Source: Diplonema japonicum (taxonomy: Eukaryota; Protista; Euglenozoa: Diplonemea). Taken from it: a stretch of DNA of 64,000 nucleotides. Positions 45,609-56,757 of the stretch are shown in pieces. Each line of letters begins with the position of its first letter. The stretch's first letter is position 1. Both the position numbers and the translations under genes were made by a program. The notes beneath the pieces are model-generated. The model made no database searches. It was not told the origin of the DNA and was given only the letters and a program-made list of their open reading frames with translations. The stretch covers positions 124,001 to 188,000 of the forward strand of contig OZ025751.1 in assembly GCA_964019335.1 (NCBI GenBank), in the 5' to 3' direction.

Positions 45609-46346
45609 TCACGCGTGCTTTGCGGTAATGTGTGTCTTCAAGAATTCAAGGAACTTCGGGTAGTAGATCTTGGTGCTGCCGAGCACGTCGAAGGTGTGCA
45701 TGATCTCGCTGTAGAATTCTTCGACAGGCTTCGTCACCTCACTGTACACATCGAGCCTGTGGCGGACAACATCGATGTGGTCGTCCGCCCTTTGAAGGAG
45801 GTCCATAGGCTTTTTACACGCATCGCAAACACCCTCCTGTGCAGGGAGGAGGGGTTCCATGGTGATAGAGCCCATGGTAACGGTCGAGGTATTGTAGCCC
45901 TCCCCGCACTCTGAGCAGGAACGCCTTCCTGAAATCTTATTTTCAATGACGTCGAAAGGCTGCGCAAGATTGATGACAAAATCCAAATCGACGAACTCTG
46001 ACACAATTTTTGCCTGTTCAACGTTTCTCGGGTACCCATCGAGGACGAAACCTCTCTTTTGTTTCGTCAGAGCATCGATTTTCACCTTCACCATTTCGTC
46101 CACAAGGCCGCTGGGGACTAGGTCGCCCTTATCCATATAGGACTTTGCCTCTCTCCCTACAACCGTACCCTCCGCCACTTCTGTCCTGAGCAGGTCACCG
46201 GTGGAAACATGGGCATAACCAGCATCCCTACAAAGCCTGGCGGAATACGTGCCTTTCCCCACCCCCGGGGCACCAAGAAACAGAAATTTTTGAGGGTGCT
46301 GTTTGAGGGTCGGGATTCCGAACCTGATCACGGTGTTTTTGAACAT
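45609..46346 (-). CDS. ADK: Adenylate kinase (long form, Zn-type LID, probable mitochondrial presequence)
   Basis: GAPGVGKGT, STGDLLR, GFVLDGYPRN, CSECG...CDAC, QRADD. Confidence 0.95.
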   Translation of the reverse strand: MFKNTVIRFGIPTLKQHPQKFLFLGAPGVGKGTYSARLCRDAGYAHVSTGDLLRTEVAEGTVVGREAKSYMDKGDLVPSGLVDEMVKVKIDALTKQKRGFVLDGYPRNVEQAKIVSEFVDLDFVINLAQPFDVIENKISGRRSCSECGEGYNTSTVTMGSITMEPLLPAQEGVCDACKKPMDLLQRADDHIDVVRHRLDVYSEVTKPVEEFYSEIMHTFDVLGSTKIYYPKFLEFLKTHITAKHA

Positions 46347-47567
46347 TTTTTTTTTTTTTCTTGTGGGGTTTTTTTTTTTTTTTTTTTTTTTTTTCTTGTG
46401 GGTTTTTTTTTTTTTTTTTTTTTTTTTTATTTTTTGAGAAAAAAAAAATGAAACAAACTGAAAAAAAAAAGGAAATACAAAACAGGCTGGGAGTGGCTGG
46501 GAGGGGAAGGGGGAGACAAAAAAAATAAATAAATAAAAAGTGTAAAGAAAAAAAAAGAGCCTGAAAGAAAGGAGTGTGGGCTTGTTTTTTTTTTTTTTCC
46601 AAAAAAAAACTTTTTTATCCGTATTTGTGCGCCACGAAACTCTTTTTTTCCCCCCCTCTCTTTTTTTTTTTCCTCCTCCATTTTGGTGGGGAAAAAAAGA
46701 GAGGGGAAAAAAGGGAAGGGGAAAAAAAAAACAGGGGTGGGGGGTGGGGGAGGAGAATCATCTTTTTTGTCACAGAACCCTTTCTTATTTTTTTTCCCCC
46801 TTCTTTGCATCTCTTTTTTTTTTTTTGAATTTGCGTTTTTTCTTTATATTTTGCTGTTGTCTGAAAAGAAATAAAAAAAAGAGAAAAGTGCACCCCATTT
46901 TTTCTCAATTTTTTTTCTCCTCCGAAAAAAAAAAACCCCATCTGCAGAAAGTAGCCACTAGAGAGGAAATAATGAATGGAGGAAAGAAGAATGGAGGAAA
47001 CAACTCTCTACCTCAAAAAAAATAGAAACTAGGTTACATCAGAGATTTGTGTGGGCTTGGGGGAGGTGTTTGCTATCCTCCACAAGATAGGAGGAATCAA
47101 ACTAATAGGGGTAAAAAAAAAGGGGGGGTGTTGAAAAAGTTTTATTTTTCACTTTTATTTTTTCTTTACTTTCATGTTTCTTCTTCTGACGGTACGGTGT
47201 GGGGGCCAGGGGGGGGGGGAAGAGAGAGACAGGGAGGGGTTCATACTAAAATCATAATGGGAAATCATGAAACTATACTTCACTGGTCTTTTTTTTTTTT
47301 TTTTTTTTTTTGGAACAACGAAAAAAAATTCACCAAACTCAAGGAGAAGAAATAAAAAAAATAAAAGATCGCAATTTTGAAAAAGGGAAAAGTAGGGGAA
47401 GAAAAAAAAAAGTAAGGGAGCAAAAAAAAAAAGTGCCTTCCACGTTACACTTACAATGTTCCCCCCCCCTCTAAAATAGCTCCTTTTTTTTTAAAGGAAC
47501 AGGCAAGTTGCGAGACAAAACCACACCCTTTTTTATTTTCTCCTTTTTTTTTAATATATCCCGAAAA

Positions 47568-50500
47568 CTATTTTTTCGATGCCACCTTATTCTTGGAAGC
47601 GGTGCCGAGACTGCACTTCATAGCCCTACTTGCCATTTCGAGTGTACTTTTTGTCTCGCCTAAAAAAAAATAAATTTTTTTCCCCCTTCGCTTCACATAC
47701 TTGAATTAAAAGAAGCAGGACTGCAGTTGGCAAACATAAGAACCTTGGACTGCCCACCAAGACTGTCTTGAAGCTGTGAGTTTGGGGTTTTTTTTTTTTA
47801 TTTCACTCTTCAGAAATTACTTCACGCACTGGGGGGCCCATTACTTCACGCTAAATCTCATTACTTCACGGTGAAATAATGGCCTGTTTTCCGTGAAGTA
47901 ATAGGGGGTTTCCGTTAAATAATATGCCTCGGTAGGCCAATTTTTGCCTCGGTTCGGTTCCCAGTGGGGCTACTTTTTCCTCTCAGTTTGCTATTTCCCC
48001 CCAGGTTCAGCTCAATTGGCCAACTTTTGCCTCGGCTCAGTTCCAAGTTGGACTACTTTTTCCTCCCAATTTGCGCCACTTTTGGCTAGGCCTTGTTCCC
48101 AGTTTCTGGGGGTAACTCTTCTGTGGGTAAGGGTAACTTAGTCAGCTTACCCAAGCTCCCCAAAAGACTTCAAAATACCGAAGCAGCAAAAGGAGCCAGC
48201 GGCCGCGCCAGGTATGGGAAGGCCTGATTAGAGATGGTGACAGTGGCAATGCCAGCGACAGCGGCAGCTCTTAGTCAACAAAAGGACGGAAAACAAACTT
48301 GTATTGTAACCTTTGTAACCCCTCTCTTGTTGTACCCCTTGTCACCCTGTTGTGCCCCTCGTGGTGAAGTAATTTCAGAGTGTCGTGAAATAAAACCACT
48401 TACCTACCGCCAAGTAATGCTTTACCGACCTCTCGAGGTAACGGTAAAGTCATTACTTGTTGGCAGTAAATAGCTTTTTTTTTTTTTTTTTTTTTTCAAA
48501 CCAAATGAGTAAGCTTCGAATCCCTGTAATTAATGTGTTTTGCACCGCTCTGCAGATCAGCGATCACCTTCCCAAGACTGGTCAGTGATAGGTTGATGTT
48601 CTTAGCCTCCTCAGCAGTCTGCCCAGTGGCATTAGTCTTCGCCAGCCTTTCCGACCCAGCCAAATCAATAAGGTTCAGCTTCCCAAAAGACTGCGCCCCG
48701 GTCGCATTGTTCCTGGTGCAGGCAACGAGGGAAAGGATCATGTGGGAACGAGAGGAATGCGTGTTCATGTCGGTGGTGCCCTCCTTCCGGCTGCTTTTTG
48801 CTTCGTCGAGAAGGTTGGTGATTTCGTCAGATGAGCTTACCTTAACCTGTACAAGACCTTCTACATAATTTCCCGGAACCTCATAATCCCCAACAGGGTG
48901 CAGTCCAGATCTCACTTTGTAGTCATCCTTGTCCTCCTTCTTCTTCTTTGGCGCGAGGAGATCACGGACCCTTTCACAGTAAATCTCCAATACTGAAACG
49001 TAAACTACTGTAGTCTCCGCGTCCTTCCTCTCGTTGATAATGTCGTACATTCTGTCGACTGCCCTTCTGTTGACCCCTCTGAGCTCCTTGTATTTTTCAG
49101 GGTCGGTGACGTCATCTTGGCTTGGGCCCTCCATTGTGTACGATTTCCCTGAACCTGTCTGTCCGTAGGCGAAAATGCACACGTTGTAGCCATCGACTAC
49201 GCTGTCGATGAGCGGGAGGGTGTCGGTGAAAACTATTTTTTTTTTTTTTTTTAAATTTTTCACATACTGTCTTTTTGTGTGCATCCCGGGCCGAATATTT
49301 TGTTGAATGTGAATTTTTTGCTTCCTCTTTCTCCTTTGACGATGACCACTTCGTTGTCGTCCTTTACGTAATCTATGCATGTGTCGGTGGTGCCCTTGTC
49401 TTTTTCGATTCCGATCAGCGGGCGAACCCTGCAGAAGACCCTGATGTTGCCCCTCAGCTCCTGGATGGTGTTGTAGTAACTCTTCCGAAGCTGGACTTCC
49501 TCGCGGTACATTTTCTCCATTTTCTTGTACATTCTCTCCATCATCTCGGTTTGCTTCAGCTTCCCAATGTGTTGAGCGCATTCTGCAAAGTCTGCCTGCA
49601 TCCTGGCCTTCTCCTCGGAAATCGCTTCCCGGATCTCGGTATGGCTTTCTCGTTGCCTTTGGGGGAATTTTTTTTTTTTTTTTTTTTTTTTCCGCACACC
49701 TGACAATGAGTCGCCTAGTGGATGTTGTAAGGGTCTTGAACGCGGTCATCACCTTGAGGTTCTCTTCCTTAAGGAGAGCAATGGTGCGTGCAGCTTCCTC
49801 TTGACTTTTTTTAAGTTGTTTCAGCTCGTCGGAATCGGTTTGCTTAGGGACCATGATGGGCGACACCACTGCTTGTGCGGCGGCGATTTTTTCAGCACCC
49901 GCTGCTGCCGTCTTCGCCGCGTCCTTTTTTTTTTTTTTTTTTAAAAAAATTTTTTTTTTTTAAATCATACTCGTTCTGTAATTAAATCGTCGACTTGTTT
50001 CTCAAGAATTTTTTTGTCTTTCTGTTCCTTCTTGAGCATTTCTCGCAGTCTTTCCAGTTCCATAGGGTCGGCCCCGGTTCGCATTTGAACTTGGGTAGAG
50101 TCCAGTTTTGTCGATGCTCCGAGATCACCGTTTTCCGTCATCCCGCCGAAGCAAGCCAGGACCTCCGTCCCCTCTCGGATGAGGGAGTCGAGACCGTCTT
50201 TTGAAATTGGGTGGAGTTTTGTGTTTTTGAGCATGGATTCGGCCTCAGCGATGTCTTCCTGGACTTGAGATATAATTTCGTCCTCTTTGGTAAAGCTTTC
50301 GGGTCTTGACAGTCCACCAATTAGCTCTGCTAGGTGCTCGTTGCAGTCCACGATGAAGTTTTGGACTGCCTCGATGCTTTCTTGCTCGTCGTCACCTATC
50401 TCCAGGCCCTCCCCATCCACAGGAATGCCCCCCATGCTCACCAACTGTTTGTGTATCAAATTCTTGTCCCCATTCACTTCCTCTGATAGAACAACATCAG

Positions 50501-50579
50501 ACACAAACCCTGCATCCATGTTTGGAAACAAGTTGATGAAGTGCTCCACCATATCGGTGGCTTCCTTGGACTGCGGCAT
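47568..50579 (-). CDS. Kinesin-14 (C-terminal motor), 6 exons
   Basis: ELRGNIRVFCRVRP, GQTGSGKS, NTHSSRSH, DLAGSER, YRDSKLTHL|LQDSLGGQSKVLMFANCSP. GT-AG introns at 49924-49970, ~49657-49699, 49233-49267, 47774-48501 and ~47660-47700. Confidence 0.93.
47787..48474 (+). mobile_element. Non-autonomous element family B, complete copy inside a kinesin-14 intron
   Basis: Near-identical to 23013-23615, plus a terminal hairpin (caagtaatgctttaccg / cggtaaagtcattacttg) ending AAATAGC. Confidence 0.85.
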
Positions 50580-51149
50580 TTTTTTTTCTTTTCCCTTTTT
50601 TTTTTTTTTTTTTAAATTTGGCGCAAAAAAAACTTTTTTATAAAAAAAAATATAATAAGAAAGGGGGGGGGGGGTTGAGGTAAAATATCTCTTTTGTATG
50701 GTGGGGGGGGGGGGTCTTTTCTTTTTTTTAAACTCAGAGAGAGAGAGATATTTTGCTTTGCTTCTTTTTTTTTGTTCAGGCGGACTCAGGAGGTGCCGTT
50801 GTTAGACCAAGGACAGATGTGTTCTTTTTTTTTTCAAAATTTTTTAGAATTTTTTTCCACCCTTGAAGGGTTGAAAGTTCTAAAAAATGAGTGTGGGTGG
50901 AAAGTGTTAAAAAGGTGGGGGGGGTGGTGAAATTAAAAAGGTTAAAAGTTTTTTTTCAGGTTAAAACATATTATCACCTCCTCTTACTTCTTCTTCCGGG
51001 GGGGGTATTAAAAAAATCACACACAAAAAACAAAAACAAAAAAAAGAAAGATATCTACTTGTCCCTCTCTTCCCCTATCCCCCCAAAAAAAAATCCCCTA
51101 ACAAAAAGAAAAACCTACTTTTTTTTCCCCCATTCCTTTTCTTCTTAAA

Positions 51150-52284
51150 AAAAAGGACCTACCCTACCAGACCATAACTCCCCTGTGCGACAATTTTTTT
51201 TCGAGAAGAGTGAGTTCAACTATTTGACTCGATGTCACGTCGAATCTGGTTTTTTTTTTTTTTTTTTTTTTTTTCCAGTTTGCCACACCTGTTTATCAGA
51301 ACAGATTTGCATTTCGATGAAATGGCCATATCAACCGCCTGACCGTGTGCAGTGTCCATCTGAGGAAGCCTCACAATGGGCACGGTGATTTGCTGCGAGA
51401 GGGAGGACCATTCCTCCTCAGATGCATCTGTCGAGAAGTAGATTTTTTCGATATTTTTGTTATCGGCGACATGGGCATTGAGCGTCTGAATGACATGGGC
51501 CTCAGAAGGATAACACTGCTTTTCGAAATCAGAGGAAAATATTTGAGCGGTCCCTTCAAGCAGCCTGGTGAAGGCAAGCTGAGGAACCCCCGTTTTCCAC
51601 TGCGTTTCGCACTCTTTGTCGAATCCGTTCCTCTTCAACCTGACCGCCATCGCCATCTCTAAACCGTTCCCAGAGATGAACTCATCCGCTGCTGCCATGA
51701 CACTCGACGAAAACCTGATCCTGCTTCTCATCCTCCAGAAGAAAATACTGCCATATTGCTCCTGGGTGCTGAACCCTTGACAGGCCAGTCTAAACACGCC
51801 TAGGAATTTTTTTTTTTGATTTTTTTTCCCCCCCCTTCACAAACCTGTCGTTTCTTGCGGTTTGCAATCTTTACAGAAATTGAGCAATGGGGTTTCCAAC
51901 ACATCTACAAGGCTCTCGATTTTTTCCGTTCCGTATCTACGGTTTTTTTTTTTTTTTTTCCTCTTTCAAAACTACCTAAAATGAGTCGGGTAACTGAAAA
52001 TGTCAGCATTTCCCATGGCGCACAATGCGTAGTCATACAGCTTGCGCAACACCTTTGCAAGCGGGAGTGGGTCGATATGGTCCATGTCCAGCACACCGCT
52101 CACAAGTTTGTTGGTACCAGTGCGACCTTAGGGGTTTTTTTTTTCTTTTTTTTTTTCCCCTCCTCCCTCCACACCATTCCAAGTGGGCTTTGCGTACACC
52201 CCATTGGCATCCTTTGCCTGGAAGAAGATTTTACTTTTGGACTCCCGCGTTCTGTGTGATTTTATTTTTCTTTCTTTTAAACAA

Positions 52285-52320
<36 letters not shown>

Positions 52321-53099
52321 ATACTTATCATAGTAAGTGGTGAAATTCGTCTTCGGTTTCTTGTGAGACTGCTGGAACTCCGATTGGTCATGGGCGTGGC
52401 CAACATTGGTGTGGCTGTCGAATTCTGTATGGGTGGGGGGAGGGGTAAATATATATGTGTACCTTCGGCCTTCTCCCACTTTCCGAGCAAGTTGTTAAGG
52501 TGTGTTTCAAAATCCTCGGTGCTGTTGGGTTTTCCGAGAAGCTGAAGGAGCTTCTGCTGTTCACGGTAAAGCTTTCTCAAACTGGTATCGAGAAGGATGT
52601 GGCCCATGCCCTTTGTGTTGGTATATCTGGTGGAGTTCTTCACCAGAACAGTGTGGTGGTCAGCAAGCTTTTTAACCGACTGTGCGTTGACTCGATCCTT
52701 TTCCGACCAGATCTCTCTTACTGCTTCTGCTTCTTCCACACATTCTGTGTTTTTCCTTTCCAGCTCATCGTTCGACTTCGAGAGCTCGTCGTTCTGCTTC
52801 TCCATCTTCCTGTTTTGCTCCTTCAGCAATCGAAGTTCCTCGCTGGATCTGGAATCCGATTTTCTTCTGTGCTCCTCTGTTCTCGCCTTGTTGTCGTGGC
52901 AGTCTTGAATTTGCTTTCTCAGTACTCTCTGGTTCTCCTTCAGTTCCAGCTGCCTGCTGTGGTGGTGGCCCTCCCCCATACTACCCAGCTTGTACGAGAA
53001 CAACAGAAACCCCGATAGTATTATAAAACCCACTATAAACATCATCACGCTCCCACCGCCTGACCCTGAACGGGTGCCTCCTGGGCCGAACCTCGCCAT
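51150..53099 (-). CDS. Type II membrane O-fucosyltransferase-like (GT-B) protein, multi-exon; 3' end approximate
   Basis: N-terminal TM, coiled-coil stem, MAVRLKRNGF, IYFSTDA, AVDMAISSKC; several short GT-AG introns. Confidence 0.65.
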
Positions 53100-53124
53100 G
53101 GTTCGCTTGGGTTGTGTCCCTTTG

Positions 53125-53174
<50 letters not shown>

Positions 53175-53177
53175 GGG

Positions 53178-53209
<32 letters not shown>

Positions 53210-53211
<2 letters not shown>

Positions 53212-54079
53212 AAAGTGTTTTCCTAAGGAACTCAAACGGATCCCAATGAACCGCCACGTCTGTGATTTTAATTTCTTTTTCCGGTCGTTCGCTGGATGCT
53301 GTTGGAACGGCTTCTATAGAGTCCAAACTGTCCATTCCCCCGGTCATTTTCCCGAACACGGTGTGGTTCCCGTCCAACCCCTTACACTCCCCAAACGTTA
53401 TGAAGAACTGAGAACCATTTGTGGAAGGCCCGGAGTTTGCCATGGACAGCACGCCTCTGGAGTTGTGGGAGAGCGTTGGGGTGAATTCGTCTTGAAAGGG
53501 CGCACCCCACAAGGATTCTCCACCCGCGCCTGTTTTTGTCGGGTCGCCCCCCTGTACCATAAAACCAGGAATCAATCTGTGGAAAGACAACCCTGTGTAG
53601 TATCCCTTACGACATAACCCAAGAAAATTTTCTGCTGCAGTTGGTACCGCGCCTGAGAAAATCTCGAGATGGAGGGGGCCGTAGTTGGTGTAGAGCGTGA
53701 CGTAGCCCTTTAGGTTGTCTGTTTTTGCCTTGAAGGCAGAGTCTCGTCTAAGCATGTCAGAGGGATCGAGGGTGTTCTTGTTGATGTTGAGGGACTTCAC
53801 TATTACTTTCTGGTCTTTCGCCAGCATCTTGCCTAGGTTGTCGGCCACCCTGGTGCCTTTTCGCTGGTTGTACTTTTTCAGAATCGGGTCGTCGGCCTCT
53901 CTCTTCCCCATCGATTGCTCCGTGATGCGTTCGCTGGCCTCCACGTGTTTCTTCATCCCTTCCAAGCTTCCCCCTAACCATTCCTTGTTGAACTCTAAAT
54001 AGTCCTTCTTGAACTTCTTCCCGTACTTCTCCGCTTTTTGCTTTTTGTTCAAACGGATTTTTGGCTTTTCCGCTGACAT
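53210..54079 (-). CDS. Cyclophilin-type peptidyl-prolyl isomerase (PPIL2/PPIL3-like)
   Basis: GYVTLYTNYGPLHLE, FHRLIPGFMVQGGDPT, SMANSGPSTNGSQFFIT, HTVFG. Confidence 0.92.
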
Positions 54080-54815
54080 CTTTTTTTCTTTTTTTTCTTT
54101 TTTTTTTTCCCTTTCGCTGTAAGGAAGGGTTTTCATTAGAAAAAAAAAATTGTAAGCGGGATATTTAAAAAAATAAATTGAAAGCGATACGCCTTGGACA
54201 ATGGTAACGGAGGGGGGGGAAATAAAACTGACAAAGAAAAAAAATTGAAGGGAACAAGAGGGGGTAAAAAAGACGAGTGGGGGGGGGGGGGGACAGGAAA
54301 AGAAATCTTTTGTAGGGGGGCAGGCAATGTGGATAACAAGGCAATGGATGTTTTTTTTTTGTTTTGTTTTTTTTTAAGCCCCCTATTTTGATCTTTGGCG
54401 CAGAAATAATTTACCTCCAGGACCTTTGTAACTATGGGGGGGGGAATCACTAAAAAAAAGAAGGGGGGGTAAAAACATTTTGAAAGTGTCCTTTTGAGCG
54501 CCCTTTAAGCGTGTGAAAAGAGTTGTGTGTGGTGAATCTAAACATTTCTTTGAAAAGAAAAAAGAGAAAAAAAAAAGGTGTGTGTTGTTGTGTGGAAAAA
54601 TTCAAGATGCAAGGGGAAAAAAAGAAGAAAAAAACTGGTTGGGCATAAAGGCAAGGGGCAGAAAAAAAATGGGGGGGGCAAAAATGTGATGATTGAGGGG
54701 GGGGGGGGGGAAATCCAAAAGAATCAAAATCTAAAAAAGTATTTAAAAAAAAAAAAGTACGCAACATAATATTTTTTTTCTTCTTCCTCATCTTCTTCTT
54801 TTTTTTTCCTTTTTC

Positions 54816-55970
54816 CTATTCGTCGTCGTCCCTGGCACCACCCTTGGGAGGCCTGGGGCCACCAGCGGGCTTAGACATGATAATTTGATCGACCTGGTTT
54901 TTTTTTTTTTTTTTCTTTTTTTTTTTTTTCCCACACACCCTAAGGACGTTAAGAACGGCATCGGTGGCAAGGGAGATGGACCAGAATCTTGTCAAGTAGG
55001 CATCCCTGATAGGGGTGGCCACAATGTCACCACTCTCGACGTCGATACCAGCATCCTTCTCACCAGCGGCGTGCTTGGCGACGAGGTTGGGGAGAACCTC
55101 TGTGGAGTTGTGCCCGGCCACCTCGGCAAGGGTCCTGGGACCAACCTCAAAGGCGTTACCGAAGCACCTGATGGAGTACTGGTCAATGCCCGGTGTCTCA
55201 TCAGCGTATTTGTTGAGGCCGTTGTACAATTCCTGTTTTTTTTTTCTTTTTTTTTCTTCTTTCCATACGATATCCACGGCACCTGCACCCGCGAGCAAGT
55301 TAGGGTCCCTCCCAAGTGCCTTGTAAGTGTTGATACCATCATCGATGGCCCTCTCAACATCGTCAAGCATCTGCTCTGTTGCACCCCTAACAACAATTGT
55401 GGACAGCTTAGAGTCATCGGAATCCTTTTTTTTTTTTTTTTTTCTTTTGAAAATTTTGTACTGTACCTGAATAAAGCTGAGCACCTTAGTCTCACCAAGT
55501 TCTCTCACCTTGATCTCGTCACAGTTACTGTGGGGGGGGGGGGGGCGATATTTTCTTTTTTTTTCTTTTCTTTTGCATACCCCGTGTCTTCTGCGCTAGG
55601 CGGTTCCAGCTTCACAAGCTGCTTAGCCCCGACGGCCAGACACATTCTCTTCATCTCGAACTTGGAGGCCACCTTGATGGCCATCATTCCGTACCTCTCA
55701 ACAAAGTGGAGGGCAAGGTCGCTGTAGTTGGAGTTGGAGACAATCACGGTGATCCCTGAGTCGGCCACTGCCTTGACGCTCTTTTCTAATCGCTCCTCTT
55801 CACTCTTTTTTTTTTTTTTTTTTTTTTAAATTTTTCCACAAACCTTCGAGAAGTTCAACAGTTCGTCAGCGCTTTCCAAAAGCACGTTCCCCTTGGTCTC
55901 GGTAGCGGAGGCATCCACGGCGCAGTTGTAAACCGCGATCTTTGCGTTCTTTACTTCTTTGATCTGTGGG

Positions 55971-56007
<37 letters not shown>

Positions 56008-56757
56008 ACATTTAAGGGTACCTGCGGTATGTGACAGGACGCCTAAAAAAAAAAAAAAAAAAACACTCAAACACACCAATCCCTCGGTTCCTCGCTGAAT
56101 GCAGAAGCCCCTGATGAATTCGCTGTCCTCTAGCGCGCCACCTCGGATTTTCATCGTCCTCACATTGTCAACGGAGAAGTTTCTGGGATTTTTGTCGGCG
56201 GCGTTGACACAGGCCCTCGCGATGAGCGGTGCAAGGAGGTCTTCGTTTCCATATTGTTTCGAGGCGATAGATGATTTGATGCAAGAAACGACTTCGTCAA
56301 CATTCCTGTGGTCCTGGAGCTTGCCTGTAACCTGTTCTTTGAGGAGTTCAATGCATTTCTTAGATGCTACGGTGTAACCCCTGATGATTTCGGCGGGTTT
56401 AAGACCCTTTTTCTTGAGACTTTCAGCTTCTGCAAGAAGCTCGCCAGCAAGCATGATGGTAAAGTTGGAACCATCGCCGACTTCCTCTTCCATTGCTTTC
56501 GAAGCCATGACCAGGAGATTCGCCGCGGGGTGCTGCACCTCCAGCTCCCTCAGGATAACGGCCGCGTCGTGGGTCACGAAGAGCTTTCCCAAATGGTTGA
56601 TGACCATCTTGTTCAGGCCGAAGGGACCGTACGAGCTTTTGGTCACCTTCGCCAGCTCCTTACACGCCTCAATGTTCTTCAGCAGAGGATCGTCTTGAAC
56701 CGAGGCCCCCTCCTTCAACATGGAGGGCAGACCTGCATTTTTGATGAACTTTGACAT
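54816..56757 (-). CDS. CCT8: T-complex protein 1 subunit theta, 7 exons
   Basis: SYGPFGLNKMVINHLGKLFVTHDAA, EVGDGSN, TETKGNVLL, VDQIIMSKPAGGP. Introns at 55964-56076, 55805-55843, 55528-55580, 55425-55466, 55233-55268 and 54894-54938. Confidence 0.96.
56011..56046. repeat. Family C motif inside CCT8 intron 1
   Basis: tttaagggtacctgcggtatgtgacaggacgcctaa matches 18539-18576. Confidence 0.7.

Noticed and set aside
48496-48501. Apparent premature stop truncating kinesin-14 (pseudogene)
   Set aside because: The stop lies within an intron; the missing motor C-terminus is encoded at 47568-47773.
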